From NCBI GenBank assembly GCA_001599295.1, contig BCGN01000003.1, positions 248,001-312,000 of the forward strand: 64,000 bases of DNA. Reading direction: 5' to 3'. The position numbers and the translations under genes are program-made. This document shows positions 24,955 through 37,882 of the stretch, one piece after another. The number at the start of each line of letters is the position of its first letter. The stretch's first letter is position 1. The stretch is from Sporopachydermia quercuum. Its lineage: Eukaryota. The notes beneath the pieces were generated by a model, which was not told where the DNA came from, did not search any database, and saw only the letters and a list, made by a program, of their open reading frames with translations.

Positions 24955-27036
24955 GTAAGGAGTGAGAGGTGGCACATTTACCATGTGTGATATAACTTCT
25001 CACTTGTTTGTTATTGGCTACTATGTGCTGGCAACAATGTGTAATGTATTCAGTGGTTTAATGTTAATAGATAATACTACTATTGGATATTTTTCTTTCT
25101 CAACGTCATATTGTACACATCATCAGGAATTTTTTTTTTTTTTGGTCATTGGGTTCTACCTTNTCTGCTCTCAATTAACTGATTCTCGTCAGCTAGCAGA
25201 GAATGCCCCCAAATACTCAAATTCATTTCCAATCACGTACACCTATGAGAACTTTTCAACACTCTAATTAACTTTCTTTCTCTTTTGTTTGCAATACTCT
25301 GAAACTAAGATATTCTTTCATTGTCCAAAAATAAGTTTCGCACGTGGAGTGCGCGACTGATATACAACAGTTTAAAGCTGGTAGGAAAATCTGTTTCAAC
25401 TGAGGAATGAAAAACTATGCTAACTACACGTACTACATACACATCATCTACCGCATTTTACTTACTTTCATACTTATTACCAATGCTCGAAGATTTTCTA
25501 ATTAGATAAGAATGATTGTTTCCGGACGTTTTTTTTGTCAGAAGCTCCAAGTCAGAGGAATATAAATTCCAACATTGATTGAGCTCTTCTTGAGTGTTAT
25601 TCATATTCAAAAGAACAATTCCAAGTAAAAATGCTTGTCTGGATTTACCATTTAAGGTTTAACTTTAAACCGATAGGATTTTTTATTATCTGCATTGTTC
25701 TGGGTTTCTTACTCAATTGTGCCTGGTAATCGATGCCCCGTACTATTGGTTGTCAAAAAAGCAGTTTCCAGATAGCAAAATGCTTCTAATAGTAATTATC
25801 TTTGATATATTTCATTCTTTTATACTGCAGTATATGGGCCATCTTATGATCTCAAACTAATCTTTCATAGATCATGGTTACTAACCAGGGCTGAGAACTG
25901 GTAAAGGATTACCCAACTGAACAAGGAGTTACGAACAATTAGCAAAGAGGAATATCTGGCAATTAGGTTTATTCAGAGTACCGTTGGTTATTTACGATTA
26001 CAGTAATTCTGTTATCTAACAATTTCATAACGTTATATTGTTCAGAAGTCCAAAGAAAATCACAGCACATGTCAATCAACTGAAAGAGACAGTAACGTGG
26101 ATAGCAATCTCTTTAATATCACTGGTATAAGATAACTTTCATCGTTCTTGCAATAAGAGCAATCTTTTCTCAGTACTAGTATTGAATTCTCAGGGTTGAA
26201 TAGTGTTATCCTAGTCCTAGCTTATAGGATTCATTTCAACTGTAGTTGTTAAGAAAAGTCAACGATGTTATAATGAGTCTATTTTCCTTTGTATGGAATA
26301 TGAATAAAAGATAGGTGACATAAGAGGTGTTTTCAAACGGCGCTGCCTAATAAATCTTTAAATTAAGTTTTTTAAGTTAAAGTGTCAAGTAAAGTTACGG
26401 TCTATAAAGTTAAGACAATTTAGTACTCAGCTTGATACAGGTGGGTATCGATAGAAGTAGGTAGGTGGGGAAGGTCTGAAACATGTCCTTAACTTTGATG
26501 ACTGNTGACAAGTTTTGACTCCTGGATGTCATTTTTCCATATTTGTATCCTCCTTTCTATTCAAATATTTGTTGGAGCCTTTCTAAGAATGAAATAACCA
26601 CTGATAAATTCTATCGTTCCTGACTTAACGGAAAAGAATTCACTGAAACAAGCTAAATTTCCATAATTAGGTTACTCACTTTTTCAACCATAAATAAAGT
26701 TTTTGTTCTTTGGGCCATTGAGGTACCTTATTTTTCAAACCTTGTTGCAGCCGACTGANTGTTCTTTTCAATAAACTATGAAATGAACTGATAAAGGANA
26801 ATGGTTTTCCTTATACAAGTTGAGTTGTTCGAGGTTCTAGTTCTTTTCTGAAAGAAAAAAGAAAGATAAAACATCAATAAATTACAGGCCGTTTCCGTCA
26901 TATGGATGTTCTTTCTATAACAGATCGTTCTTACTGTCAAGTCTAATGGCCTGCGGTTAACTGACTATGACCAATCAATTAGCAACAAGCACCCATCATC
27001 TATTATAATAATTTTGTGACATAGCTCATTCTCACG

Positions 27037-28632
27037 ATGTCTACGCGTGACTTACCAACTTCTTTTTCCAGCTTCTTTGTAGATTGGCTTCCAAGGGCTA
27101 AGAGAGAAATTACGTTTATAGCAGAAAAGCAACCAGAGGAAGAAACCCCAGAAGAAAAAGTGAGAGATTATTTACAAGACTCAGATTTAGTTCAGAGTAA
27201 AGTTCGAGTTTCAGCACTATGGCCAGTATTCACAGCAGGGGCTGGGTTGTTCTCTGATGGATATATCAATAATTCCATTGGTACAGTATCAACATGTCTA
27301 ATGAATATCTATGGTGACCAGTATTCAGATTCAAGTGCTATATCCAATGTGGCAGCAATTGCTTTCGCTGGTACAGTGTTAGGTCAGCTATCATTTGGCG
27401 TATTGTCGGATTTCATGTCTAGAAAACTAGGAATGATGATTTCTGTTGTTATACTTATTTTATTCACAATCTTATGCGCTGGAGCATGGGGAGTTGGTAC
27501 TACAGGTACCTACGCTGGAGGTTTATTCGCAGCTATTACAGCCTATAGATTCTTTTTAGGTATTGGTATTGGTGGTGAATATCCAAGTGGATCAGTTGCC
27601 TGTGCTGAAGCTTCTCAATATCTTCCTGCTAAACATCGAAATCGATATTTTGTATGGTTTACCAATTTCATGATTGATTTTGGCTTCGTGGTATCTGCTT
27701 TTGTTCCAATGGTTTTATTATGGATATGTGGTTCTGACCACTTGACTCCTGTGTGGAGAATTACAATTGGTTTAGGTGCTATTCCACCATTTTCGTTATT
27801 CTTCTTACGATTGAAATTTAAAGAAGGAAAACAGTTCTTAAGATATAACTTCAAAGGACATTTACCACCTTACTGGAAAATTATAAAATTTTATTGGTTC
27901 AGATTAGCTATTGTATCTATCATTTGGTTTATCTATGACTTCTCTGCTTATGCTTTTGGATTATACTCATCAGCAATTCTACAAGTGATTATTCCTGACG
28001 GCGACTTATATAAAACGTTTGGTTGGAACGTTGTGCTGAATTTATTCTATCTTCCTGGTTCGTTCCTTGGTGCGATTGTTTCAGACTATTTAGGTCCCAG
28101 GGTAACATTGGTGATTGGTGTAACCCTTCAAGGTATCATTGGTTACATCATGGCTGCTTGCTACAGTTCACTAGAGAAACATATTGGAGCATTTGTTGTT
28201 GTGTATGGAATTTTCCTTTCCTTAGGAGAATTTGGCCCAGGTGACAACATCGGTTTGCTTGCCTCTAAAACATCAGCCACTAGTATTAGAGGACAATATT
28301 ATGGTATCGCAGCAGCAATTGGTAAAGTAGGTGCTTTCGTTGGTACATATATTTTCCCTATTATTCAGAAAAATGCTGGTGGTAGAGATACACTCAAGGG
28401 ACAGCAAGCTCCATTCTGGGTTGCATCATCTTTAGCTATTTTTGCTGGTATCTTAGGCTTGTTCTTATTACCAGATGTTAGTCCTGAAGCCATTAGAAAT
28501 GAGGATAACAAATTTTTAGCTTATTTAGAGTCAACTGGATATGATATATCACAATTAGAGCATGAGACAGTTGAGTCACAAGTCATCTCTGAGGAGAAGA
28601 GTTCACTCGATTCAATAAAGGCTTCTGGTTAG
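27037..28632 (+). CDS. GIT1: MFS glycerophosphodiester transporter, Git1-like
   Basis: GAGLFSDGYINN, GIGIGGEYPSGSV, GEFGPGDNIGLLASKTSAT..RGQYYGIAAAIGKVGAF. Confidence 0.85.
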   Translation: MSTRDLPTSFSSFFVDWLPRAKREITFIAEKQPEEETPEEKVRDYLQDSDLVQSKVRVSALWPVFTAGAGLFSDGYINNSIGTVSTCLMNIYGDQYSDSSAISNVAAIAFAGTVLGQLSFGVLSDFMSRKLGMMISVVILILFTILCAGAWGVGTTGTYAGGLFAAITAYRFFLGIGIGGEYPSGSVACAEASQYLPAKHRNRYFVWFTNFMIDFGFVVSAFVPMVLLWICGSDHLTPVWRITIGLGAIPPFSLFFLRLKFKEGKQFLRYNFKGHLPPYWKIIKFYWFRLAIVSIIWFIYDFSAYAFGLYSSAILQVIIPDGDLYKTFGWNVVLNLFYLPGSFLGAIVSDYLGPRVTLVIGVTLQGIIGYIMAACYSSLEKHIGAFVVVYGIFLSLGEFGPGDNIGLLASKTSATSIRGQYYGIAAAIGKVGAFVGTYIFPIIQKNAGGRDTLKGQQAPFWVASSLAIFAGILGLFLLPDVSPEAIRNEDNKFLAYLESTGYDISQLEHETVESQVISEEKSSLDSIKASG

Positions 28633-28794
28633 ATATGGTAGATGCAGATATCTTTAATCCAGAAAAAGATCATGGGAGAAATGCAAAGTCATGAAGCATC
28701 ACAAATAAGTAAGTGAGATGATGCTATTATTATGACAGTTACATAATTCTTCCTGTCAATAAACATCTCGACAATTGCAATGGCAATGCATATT

Positions 28795-29467
28795 TTAGTC
28801 TTTATAGTATTTCCGCTTCATGTCTCTATATCTTGAAAGGAAGTAAAGTGCTTCAAGTTCTGATGAGAGTTAGAATATATATAGTAGAATTTATAATAAA
28901 CTGGGGAGTAATATTAATTGTTGTAAGTGATATTCAATCCAATCGTGAGGGATTGCATTTTATTAATTAATGCCTCCATTTGCCGAATAGGATAGCAAAG
29001 GACAATACAGTGTAACATACCTTTTTTGAAATACTCTGCCTTAGCTAAAGCGTCTTTGATTTCTTTCTCGCTTGATATATTCCTGTTCTTCCAAAATGCG
29101 TCATGAAGTCTTTCTCGAAAATAATGATATCCTTTACTGTATATCAATTGTTAGTATTAAATATCAATAAGGGTCACGTCAGGTGGATGAGCCAGTTGCA
29201 CATTCTACGACTCAGTGGTTATAGATGAAATGGACTTATTGGCAGTAAGGGATCTTCAGCTCTGAGGAAGCAAATGTGTTTACTCTCTATGAGCTTTTCG
29301 GTGGGATTTTATTTCCATCATGCTATAAAATTCCACTTATTATCCAAAGCTTGTAAACTGCTGTAAGCTGCTCATTCAATATCTTGCAGTACTTACGGAT
29401 AATCTCTGCCCATGAACAGAAGATGCTTATAAATGTTCTTCACTTGATACTTCAATGGCAGTGTCAT
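28795..29467 (-). CDS. LYR-motif protein, LYRM5/ETFRF1-like (3 exons, 83 aa)
   Basis: Exons 29467-29397, 29136-29021, 28859-28795 with canonical splice signals; MTLPLKYQVKNIYKHLLFMGRDYPKGYHYFRERLHDAF...KKELEALYFLSRYRDMKRKYYKD. Confidence 0.85.
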
Positions 29468-32022
29468 TGTGCTGTTACTGTACTATTGGTCAGGTAAAAG
29501 TTCTTGGAGAGTATTCAGCTCTTGGTAGAACATGAGACGCTGCATTTACTTCCTGATTCCAATATAATCATTACCAGGTATTCCTTTGATTACTCTCTGT
29601 AGCAGTATACAACAAGTGCTCCGCAATGCTTTTAAACACACTGATTAGATGATTCAGAACACCACGGAAGATTCCTTGATTTCTTTGGAAGGTCACATGA
29701 TTATATGCATTGTTATGTATATTATGCAAACTATACATAACATGATCTTGAATTGCAGTAGGTTGGTCAGTACTTGTTGTCGGTGCTAGTTAGCTGATAA
29801 AATTATTCGAAAGTGATAATAACATTGTACCTAGAAGAAGAAAAAGATTTGCCTTTGAAAGGCAAGGGCCTCATATCTGATATTTAGCAATGGTCTCAAA
29901 CTCTTGTAATTACAGTATTGGGTGTTACTCAGTCTTTTGGTTTCTCCTCTACGTAATGCAGTTGCATGGTCCTGATAAAGAAGGTTTGATTAGCTAACAA
30001 AGGCAATCAACGGTTAATTTAATTTAAAAAAGTAGTACCAGAACTTGACAGATATCCGATGTTTAGTTAAATGAAAACATAATAATGAGAAGTACATGTT
30101 GATGGTTGAGATCAAGCCATTCCCACTTAGCAACTGATGTTTTTTTTTGTTGATTNCTTTTTAATCATAAGAAAACGTTAGCGGTAGCTCTTTCTTATGA
30201 TCAGTGAGAGCATTCTGTACACATAGTCTTCATTTAATCGAGAACATGTGGCAGGGGACCCGTAATGAAATCAAATATGTTTAGGGCAAAGATTTGTAGA
30301 AGTACGATTTGGGTCCATGAATAAAAGTTCTTCTACTCAAACTTGGTCCAAGATTATTCATCTAAACCCAAACAAAGAACCCAAGTATCATCATAACAAT
30401 GTTGTGTAAATCTAAAGCAAAAGAAAAATATTTCAATTTTAAATCAGATATAAATAATAAATTAAGGTACTTTATTGATCACATAGCTACTATATTCAAT
30501 CCCTGTCGGGAAGAAGCCAATGAGATTTAACAAACTTCTCAATGATGGACATAGGCAAAATAGATTCTTTGAACTAAAGTTTAAGTAATGTAACAGCCTT
30601 ATGGTGGGAGTAGTATGTACCAGCAATTACAGTTGAAGTAGTAGCAGGTATTCAAATTATTTTAATCAGGAATGAAATTGGTAGATACTTCTGAATTTAT
30701 TATGAGTTGGTTTAATAGTTCTTATTAAATGAATAATTTACTTAATTTTATTTACTATTAACCTGATGTATAACAGATTCTTGGTCAATCAATCAATGCT
30801 GACTGCATATAAAGTTATTCCAAGCTCTCAAAGTTTTAAGCTTCCTTAGCTAATCAGTTGCCGATGAGGCTTTTACCAATTCCTTGATTCTTTACTCCCT
30901 ACTTACTCTATTCATTGGAGTATAACTACAGTATAAGTACTTTTATACTACTAGATGTGATATTTCAATTAGCCTGTTAACTATAAGAAACAAGCAGTGG
31001 TTGCCCTTGAAAAAGAAGAGAAGATGATAGAGGTTTGTTCCGAGATTTAAGTGTCGTCTGGAGAACCTTTCAAAGCGGGATTATTCCAATTGAAGGTACT
31101 TAGTGAAGAAAATGGCACATATCCGATGCTCTGATTTTACGTCTTTCCGAAGAGCAAAATGAAAGCTTAATTGAATGAAATGTGGAGTAGCATACTAATA
31201 ACGTTTCATTTGGCTTGAAGCTTATTTAACTTTTTTGAAAGTCTGCTTCGTATTCCTGATGATGGTAGAATAAACACGAATGACTGGTACGATTTTACAA
31301 ACCAAAGAGTAATAAAAGTTGTATATTATAATATCTTGTTTAGCTTTAATTTTTCTCTATTATATTTAAAATGTAGGTATCAGAGATACTGTATTAACTC
31401 AACATCTTTTAAAATGCCAGTTAAAATTGCCAGCTTCGAACAAAGTTTAACAGCTGACTCAAACTAGTACTACTCCATTACCATGGAGGTAATTGGGAAC
31501 CATGGAGAATACTATGATGAGCTCCGAACGCTTGAAACTTAGATTTTTTATTACAGGGAGCTGTTTTTTATTCTCTTCGGTTACAACTATATTCGCCTGA
31601 GCCTAGATGATTAATAAATCATGTATTCACATACTTTCTCATTTTTCTGTACTTTCTTTATCGGTTAAAGTTTCGTTTCCAGGCTTTCATAAACTTTATA
31701 TTTTGTTCTACAAACTTTAACTTTATTTTCAACCTTAATTCCTATTTAAATTACTGAAAACTCATTCCTCTGTCATTACTTCTTCCATTAAGACAGTTAT
31801 TATAATATTAATTATTATGCGGGGAACTCATCACTATTATATCTCTTTCAAATGTATAAAAATAACTACAAATCCTTTTTTCAACATGAGTTAAATTTCT
31901 CGAAGATTCAATTTCTTCCTCTCTCTTGTATTTCAAACAAATCCTTCCTTAATATCATCAGAGAAATATACACTAACCTATCAAAACACTGTATTCACTT
32001 TTTTCCTGATAATTAACTTACA

Positions 32023-33702
32023 ATGACTACCGAGAAGGAAATTGAAGCGCAGGAGATCCAACANGATCTCAATATTGACATGGTACCTGGTACCGAGTTG
32101 ATGAGTGATACCAAAGATATCCATCTTATATCGAATGGTGATATTGCTTTGGTCCCTCAACCAAGTAATGACCCAGCAGATCCNTTGAATTGGAATCGAT
32201 TTTGGAAAATTGTTACTATCGCGGGAGCTATTTTTGTTTCTTTCTTCAACGCCTTAGGCCCTCTATCTGTAGCTCCCATGACTCCCTATTATATGGCAGA
32301 ATGGGATAAAACAAGTGCTCAGGTATTTCAATTCACTGGTGTGTGTATTCTTGTTTTTGGCTTTTCTAACTTTATCTGGGTTCCTATTGCTACTAAATGG
32401 GGTAGAAGAGTCGTTATTTTAACTTCATCGTTGGTTGGTATTGCTGCTACGATCTGGAGAGCTGAATCTAAATCTTATGGATCTCAAATGGGTGGTGCTG
32501 TAATTCATGGTATTGCTGCTGGTGTATCAGAAACTTTAGCTCCAATGATGATTGCTGATGTTTTATTTTTACATGAACGTGGTGTTTACATGGCTCTTTA
32601 TATGTGGTCATATTTTGGTGGTTATATCCTTGGTCCAATTATTTCTGGTGTTATGGCTCAAAGGCATGGCTGGAGAAGTTTCTGGTGGTTGAATGTTGCT
32701 GGTTATGTTTTCACATTTGTTTATTCAGTTTTTCTTATTCCTGAAACCAAGTGGAAAAGACACGAAGCAGGAGATGATAATGTTGATGTCAATTCTAGTA
32801 ATGACGACATACTGGAAGATGAGAAGACTACAGCACAATTCAAACATTTGGAAGTTGGGTCCACCGTTGAAAACAGAAATAGTGGTAATGACAATGCCAA
32901 TAACAATCCTCAATTCATTATTAACCATAAAGATGATAACCTTGGTAAAGGTAAACCAGTTAAATGGCAATTTGCAGTATACAATACTAATCAAATGATT
33001 GACAAGGAGTCGCTTTGGAGACCAATTTGGATTCCCATTAAATTATTTGCATTCCCCATTGTTGAATGGGCATCATTTGTGTTTTCATGGTCAGCATCAG
33101 TGTTTCTGACTACTAACATGACTCAATCAATGGTCTTTGAAGCAGCACCATATAATTTCTCTTCTTCACAAGTTGGATATACAAATTTTGCAATTTTGGT
33201 TGGAGCAACTATCGGTTTNTTAACATCGGGACCATTATCTGATTATGTTTCAATGAAATCAACAAGAAAAAATCATGGTATTAGAGAACCGGAAATGAGA
33301 TTACCATCATTGATTCCATTTCTCATATTGATGACAGTTGGATATATTATAGTTGCAGTTGGATATCATTATCAATGGCATTGGGCAATCATTGTTTGTA
33401 TTGGGTATACTTTGGTGGGAATACAAGTTACTTCTATACCTACAATTGCATCAACATATGCTGTTGACTGTTATAAACCAGTGGCAGGTGATTATTTTGT
33501 TTCAGCAACAATCAATAAGAATCTATGGGCTTACGGTGTAACTAAATTTATGCCAGAATGGATAGCAAATGATGGATTTTTACCTCCGTTGTTGACAAAC
33601 TGGGCTTTATGTTCTTTCTTTGTTCTACTGGCAATTCCTGTTTTCTACTACGGTAAAACTTTGAGAAGATGGACAAGGAACAGTGAGGTCCATGAAATGT
33701 AA
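32023..33702 (+). CDS. MFS transporter, HOL1-like family
   Basis: LVPQPSNDPADPLNW, KWGRR, IADVLFLHERG, GIREPEMRLP motifs; about 12 hydrophobic segments. Confidence 0.85.
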   Translation: MTTEKEIEAQEIQXDLNIDMVPGTELMSDTKDIHLISNGDIALVPQPSNDPADXLNWNRFWKIVTIAGAIFVSFFNALGPLSVAPMTPYYMAEWDKTSAQVFQFTGVCILVFGFSNFIWVPIATKWGRRVVILTSSLVGIAATIWRAESKSYGSQMGGAVIHGIAAGVSETLAPMMIADVLFLHERGVYMALYMWSYFGGYILGPIISGVMAQRHGWRSFWWLNVAGYVFTFVYSVFLIPETKWKRHEAGDDNVDVNSSNDDILEDEKTTAQFKHLEVGSTVENRNSGNDNANNNPQFIINHKDDNLGKGKPVKWQFAVYNTNQMIDKESLWRPIWIPIKLFAFPIVEWASFVFSWSASVFLTTNMTQSMVFEAAPYNFSSSQVGYTNFAILVGATIGXLTSGPLSDYVSMKSTRKNHGIREPEMRLPSLIPFLILMTVGYIIVAVGYHYQWHWAIIVCIGYTLVGIQVTSIPTIASTYAVDCYKPVAGDYFVSATINKNLWAYGVTKFMPEWIANDGFLPPLLTNWALCSFFVLLAIPVFYYGKTLRRWTRNSEVHEM

Positions 33703-34546
33703 AGTTTCAATGGTGTGAATGATTTTTTATTAACATTCATGACAAAATAAGCCATTTTATTTATTTCACTTATTTATTCTGATTATTTATTTAGTTATCT
33801 GAAGCCATAATATATTATTTATTTATATAAACCCACGGACGTATTCTGATTTAAAAAAAGAAAAAAGAAAAAAGAAAGGAATACTTAAGCTTTCTTCGAG
33901 TTTTCTGAACGTAAGACAGTTGAACTTTAGCGAGAACGCACTTATTCTTAGGGAGTTAACTATAGATTTTCTCCCTTTACTTATTTAACCTTTAAAATAT
34001 ACTAGTAAGATACTTGGTGTTGATTTGAACATATATTCTTATTATATTATTTAGCTAAGAACATAAACATTCCATTCGGTGATGCAGAATGAAATAGAGA
34101 ATAAGCAATACACAACTCAAACCTTAACCAAATTATGCTTAGAGTTTATAAAGATACTATAGTTTAATTTAGGTTTCGAACCCTAAATTAGCCAATTAGC
34201 TAAAATTTGACACTTATCCGATAAAAACATTGAACATTCTCAACAAGTTCCACTATATAAATAATCAGTCCGAAAACAATTGGTTATTCCTGTTAAGATA
34301 TTTTGTGGGAAAGAGGGGCAACTCATCTGTTAACCGCTTTGCTTGGAATAATTGATAAGTTGTTAAGGACATACACTTCCAGTAGTATCTTCTATGGCAT
34401 CGTATAGTCATGAAACTACCTTTGAACTGAATAACTGATCCCATCTATCAGCATTAATTCGTTCATTATTTTATGCTCTGTTAGCAAAACTAACAGTTCC
34501 CGCTACCAATAGATAGCTTTCCAGAAGAAGTCTTCATCTATGCATT

Positions 34547-36274
34547 TCAAACTTGATCTCCTTTCAATTCTTCTTTCTGTTCAGTGATTAGACTGCCATC
34601 GGCACGATTATTCTCTGCTACGCATTCCTCCACTTCATTATTTTCCACTGTCTTCTTCTTCTTAACCCAGAATGTTTGCTTGACAAAAAATATGAAAGCC
34701 AATAGAACACCAACTGCTGCTAAACCCATTCCAGTATAAAACGAATATCGTATACTTTGAAGCTCAGTAGCATGATCATATTCAATAGTGTATCTTTCGA
34801 CTATACCAGCAAAACCTAAACCCATTGATATTGAATAATTGACAACAGTGGAGATAATGGATCCAGCAACTCCTTGTTTTCTCTTTGGCAATAGATTACT
34901 TAGGATAACTGTTCCTGATGGGAAACTGATATCCATACCAAAACTTGTAACAATTACACCAACAAACATTTGAGCCCAATACACTTGATGGGGTGGCTGA
35001 GTACCCATTATACAAATTCCAGCCAAAAAGCAGCACATGGCAATCAACATAACAAATGACGATGGAGCGTTCCTCAGGAGAAATACAGACGAAAGCGCAG
35101 CAGTAAATCCAGCCAATAATGCTGGGATAAAATAGACCGCCATCGATATATTAGTGTAATGATTGATTCTTACTCCAAACTGATGAGTGAAATAAATCCA
35201 AATACCNAAGCATGACCAGCCAGCGGCAATACAACCCAAGACGAAAATCGTGTCGGTATTAAAATCTTTCACTGGCACTAATGGTTGAGGTACTATTCTT
35301 TCAATATAGCCAAATGCGCATAGAAATAATACACCAACAATCAGTAATGCATATACGTATGGAGTATCCCAACCAACAACAGGTCCTTGGTTGAATGCGA
35401 AGTTGAATAAAACTAAACCACACACACCAGTAACAGATCCGTAGTAATCGAAATTAGATGTTCCATCCTGGACATGAGCCACATGCATTATTTGATTGGG
35501 AAGCACGAAATAAGATAATAAAGCTCCCACGAGTAATGCAATGCCCATAACCCAGAAAGCCCATGGCCACCAAACGTTAGTGGCTAACCCAGCAGAAATC
35601 AAAGAGCCAATAACAAATCCACCTGGAGCTACTGCTCCAAAGAAACACATTGCCCACGTCTTTCTATGGCTATTTGCATAGAAGGATCCCAAGAATGCTA
35701 TACCATTTGGTAAAGCAATAGCAGGACCCATTCCTTGTAATGCCCTACATACATCAAAGAAAATTTGAGACTTGGAAAAAGCTGAGAATCCGCAAATCAA
35801 GGTCCAGAATCCAAACCAGATTAGTCCAAAAACGTACGCCTTTTTATGACCAATGATATCTCCAGCCTTACCAGCGATAAGAATAAATGTACCAACAGTA
35901 AGAGAATAAGAAGCAGAAAACCAACTGATTTCACCATTCGATTCCACACCGAAAGTTTCAGCTATGTACCCAAATGTATTGATTGTAGGTGCTAGTGCCG
36001 CTTGAGTAAATAACTGAGAAAAGCAAATGAGACATACTGACGAAACTTCTCTCAATAAAGATACACTATTCAAATCAGGTTTAAAAATCATAAAATTCGC
36101 AGATGTGACTCTTTCTAATTCATCGAGCTCAAATTCAGTGTTATGCTCAAATTCAGAATTTCGCTCTTGTAATGAATGAATCGTTTCATCGTATGTGCGG
36201 TTCGTTAATTCTATCTCAGTTGAATTGTTCGCAGGCTGACTGGTGATAGTGATTGATTTGTCTACAGGATTCAT
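34547..36274 (-). CDS. DHA2-family MFS transporter, ATR1/AMF1-like
   Basis: First ATG at 36274 (MNPVDK); SWFSASYSLTVGTFILIAG, FAFNQGPVVGW, GMDISFPSGT, QGVAGS..STVVNYSISMGLG. Confidence 0.85.
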   Translation of the reverse strand: MNPVDKSITITSQPANNSTEIELTNRTYDETIHSLQERNSEFEHNTEFELDELERVTSANFMIFKPDLNSVSLLREVSSVCLICFSQLFTQAALAPTINTFGYIAETFGVESNGEISWFSASYSLTVGTFILIAGKAGDIIGHKKAYVFGLIWFGFWTLICGFSAFSKSQIFFDVCRALQGMGPAIALPNGIAFLGSFYANSHRKTWAMCFFGAVAPGGFVIGSLISAGLATNVWWPWAFWVMGIALLVGALLSYFVLPNQIMHVAHVQDGTSNFDYYGSVTGVCGLVLFNFAFNQGPVVGWDTPYVYALLIVGVLFLCAFGYIERIVPQPLVPVKDFNTDTIFVLGCIAAGWSCXGIWIYFTHQFGVRINHYTNISMAVYFIPALLAGFTAALSSVFLLRNAPSSFVMLIAMCCFLAGICIMGTQPPHQVYWAQMFVGVIVTSFGMDISFPSGTVILSNLLPKRKQGVAGSIISTVVNYSISMGLGFAGIVERYTIEYDHATELQSIRYSFYTGMGLAAVGVLLAFIFFVKQTFWVKKKKTVENNEVEECVAENNRADGSLITEQKEELKGDQV

Positions 36275-37882
36275 TGTTAAGATAGTTGAAAGATTGATGC
36301 AAGCAAAGGATGAATTACAGTGTATAAGGTTGACGAACAGATAAATGAGTCTGTACTTCAGTGACACATATAGCTTTCCCAGATGCTAAAATTCGAGTAC
36401 TTCAAGGATCTTTTGGTTTTCGGTTTTTGGTAGTGTAATAAACAAACTCCAGAGTCGATGTACTCTCGAAATAATGATTCTGCTGCGGGTATATTGACGC
36501 TGATGAAGAGAAGAAAGGAATAACTGTTGATCGGATACTTGCTGTCGGATAACTGTAACTATGCTTAGAGGACACACTTTCTTCTATTTATTATCTCCTT
36601 TGACTTTCAGTAGTCAACTTGAACTCAGTTTAAATACAATTTAATTCCCTTAGTCACCATTGGTATCAATTTATGGTTGAACTACCTTGAACCGAACTAC
36701 CTTGATCCAAACTGCTCTAAGTCCACTCTTTTTTTCCCAATAAGTAAAAGAAGAAAATACAATACCTTCAACCCCCCCCCAACGTATAAATCTTGGTTAT
36801 TTCCTACTAAATTGGAATCAAATTACTGAATTAATATCAGTATGTTAAGGTTTTAAAAGTGTGCATACTATTAGTAAGGGATTAGTCTGGAATCAAAGAT
36901 TAAGTTTGCATCTATAGTTTTTTCGGAGACATGACATTGAAGGGCTAAATAAAGAAGGGTTCAGGCGAGATGGAAAAAAACGGGTGCGATCAGACGTGAA
37001 AATAGAAGTATTATAGTAAACACTTGTACGGAGAGCCTGGTAAACAATGCTGCAATTTTCATATATCTTCCCTTCTTCTTCCTTCCAACTTATGATCTAA
37101 CATAAAATCATCTAGCTAGGTTTGGTTGCTCAAAACCTAGTATAATGTAATTAATCATTTCTAATCATCTGGCCAAAAAGCTTAATAGACAGATGAAATT
37201 AGAAACAATGATCTTTTCTAAACCAAAGAAAAGNATCGTCACTAATCTGATTGCATTCTCCAATCTACACAACTAATTGAAATAATATTATTGAAATAAG
37301 ACTCAAAACTAATTCATTTCTTTCTTGTCTGACTTTACTCTATTACGTTTGTTGTTCATTTCTTCGGTTTTATCCCAGTTAAAGTTTAGAAAAATGGACT
37401 AAAGTTCAAACCCGACTTGAGTCTGGTTTCGGTCCGGTTACTAATGAAGTCTATTTGTGGGATTATTGATTGATTATTAAATCTCTATTATGAACAACTC
37501 TCCTTTGTTCCATTGGATTCAATGGAAATGCAGAACAAATTCAAGATATGATATGGTGGCGCATGATCACGGTTATCGGTTAGTAAAAATCATAAGGTTT
37601 AGATATGTATGCTGTTCAGCTGACTATCAACCGAGTCGTCTCAGTAATGTATGATTACTACATAAAAACAACAGAAGTGCAACTAGAGTATCAACCATGA
37701 ACAGCTAACAGACAATGCTAGCGAATTGCTTTCTTTATTCTCGTTAAAGTATCTATTTTCTCCACTCATATTACTATCTGCTTATCGTTCTATAAATCAA
37801 CACACTATTCCCAACTCTAATCGTCATCATCAACTATATTCATACTCAAATGTATCTCACGTTTATATACCATTAGCTATCA

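Noticed and set aside
25879..25925. GGGCTGAGA near THI80, suggesting a TPP riboswitch
   Set aside because: No downstream aptamer elements (GAACCTGAT..AATxCCxGCG); not in a recognisable intron
29470..32020. Long intergenic gap as a possible LTR or transposon remnant
   Set aside because: No terminal repeats, target-site duplication or transposase/RT fragments recognised
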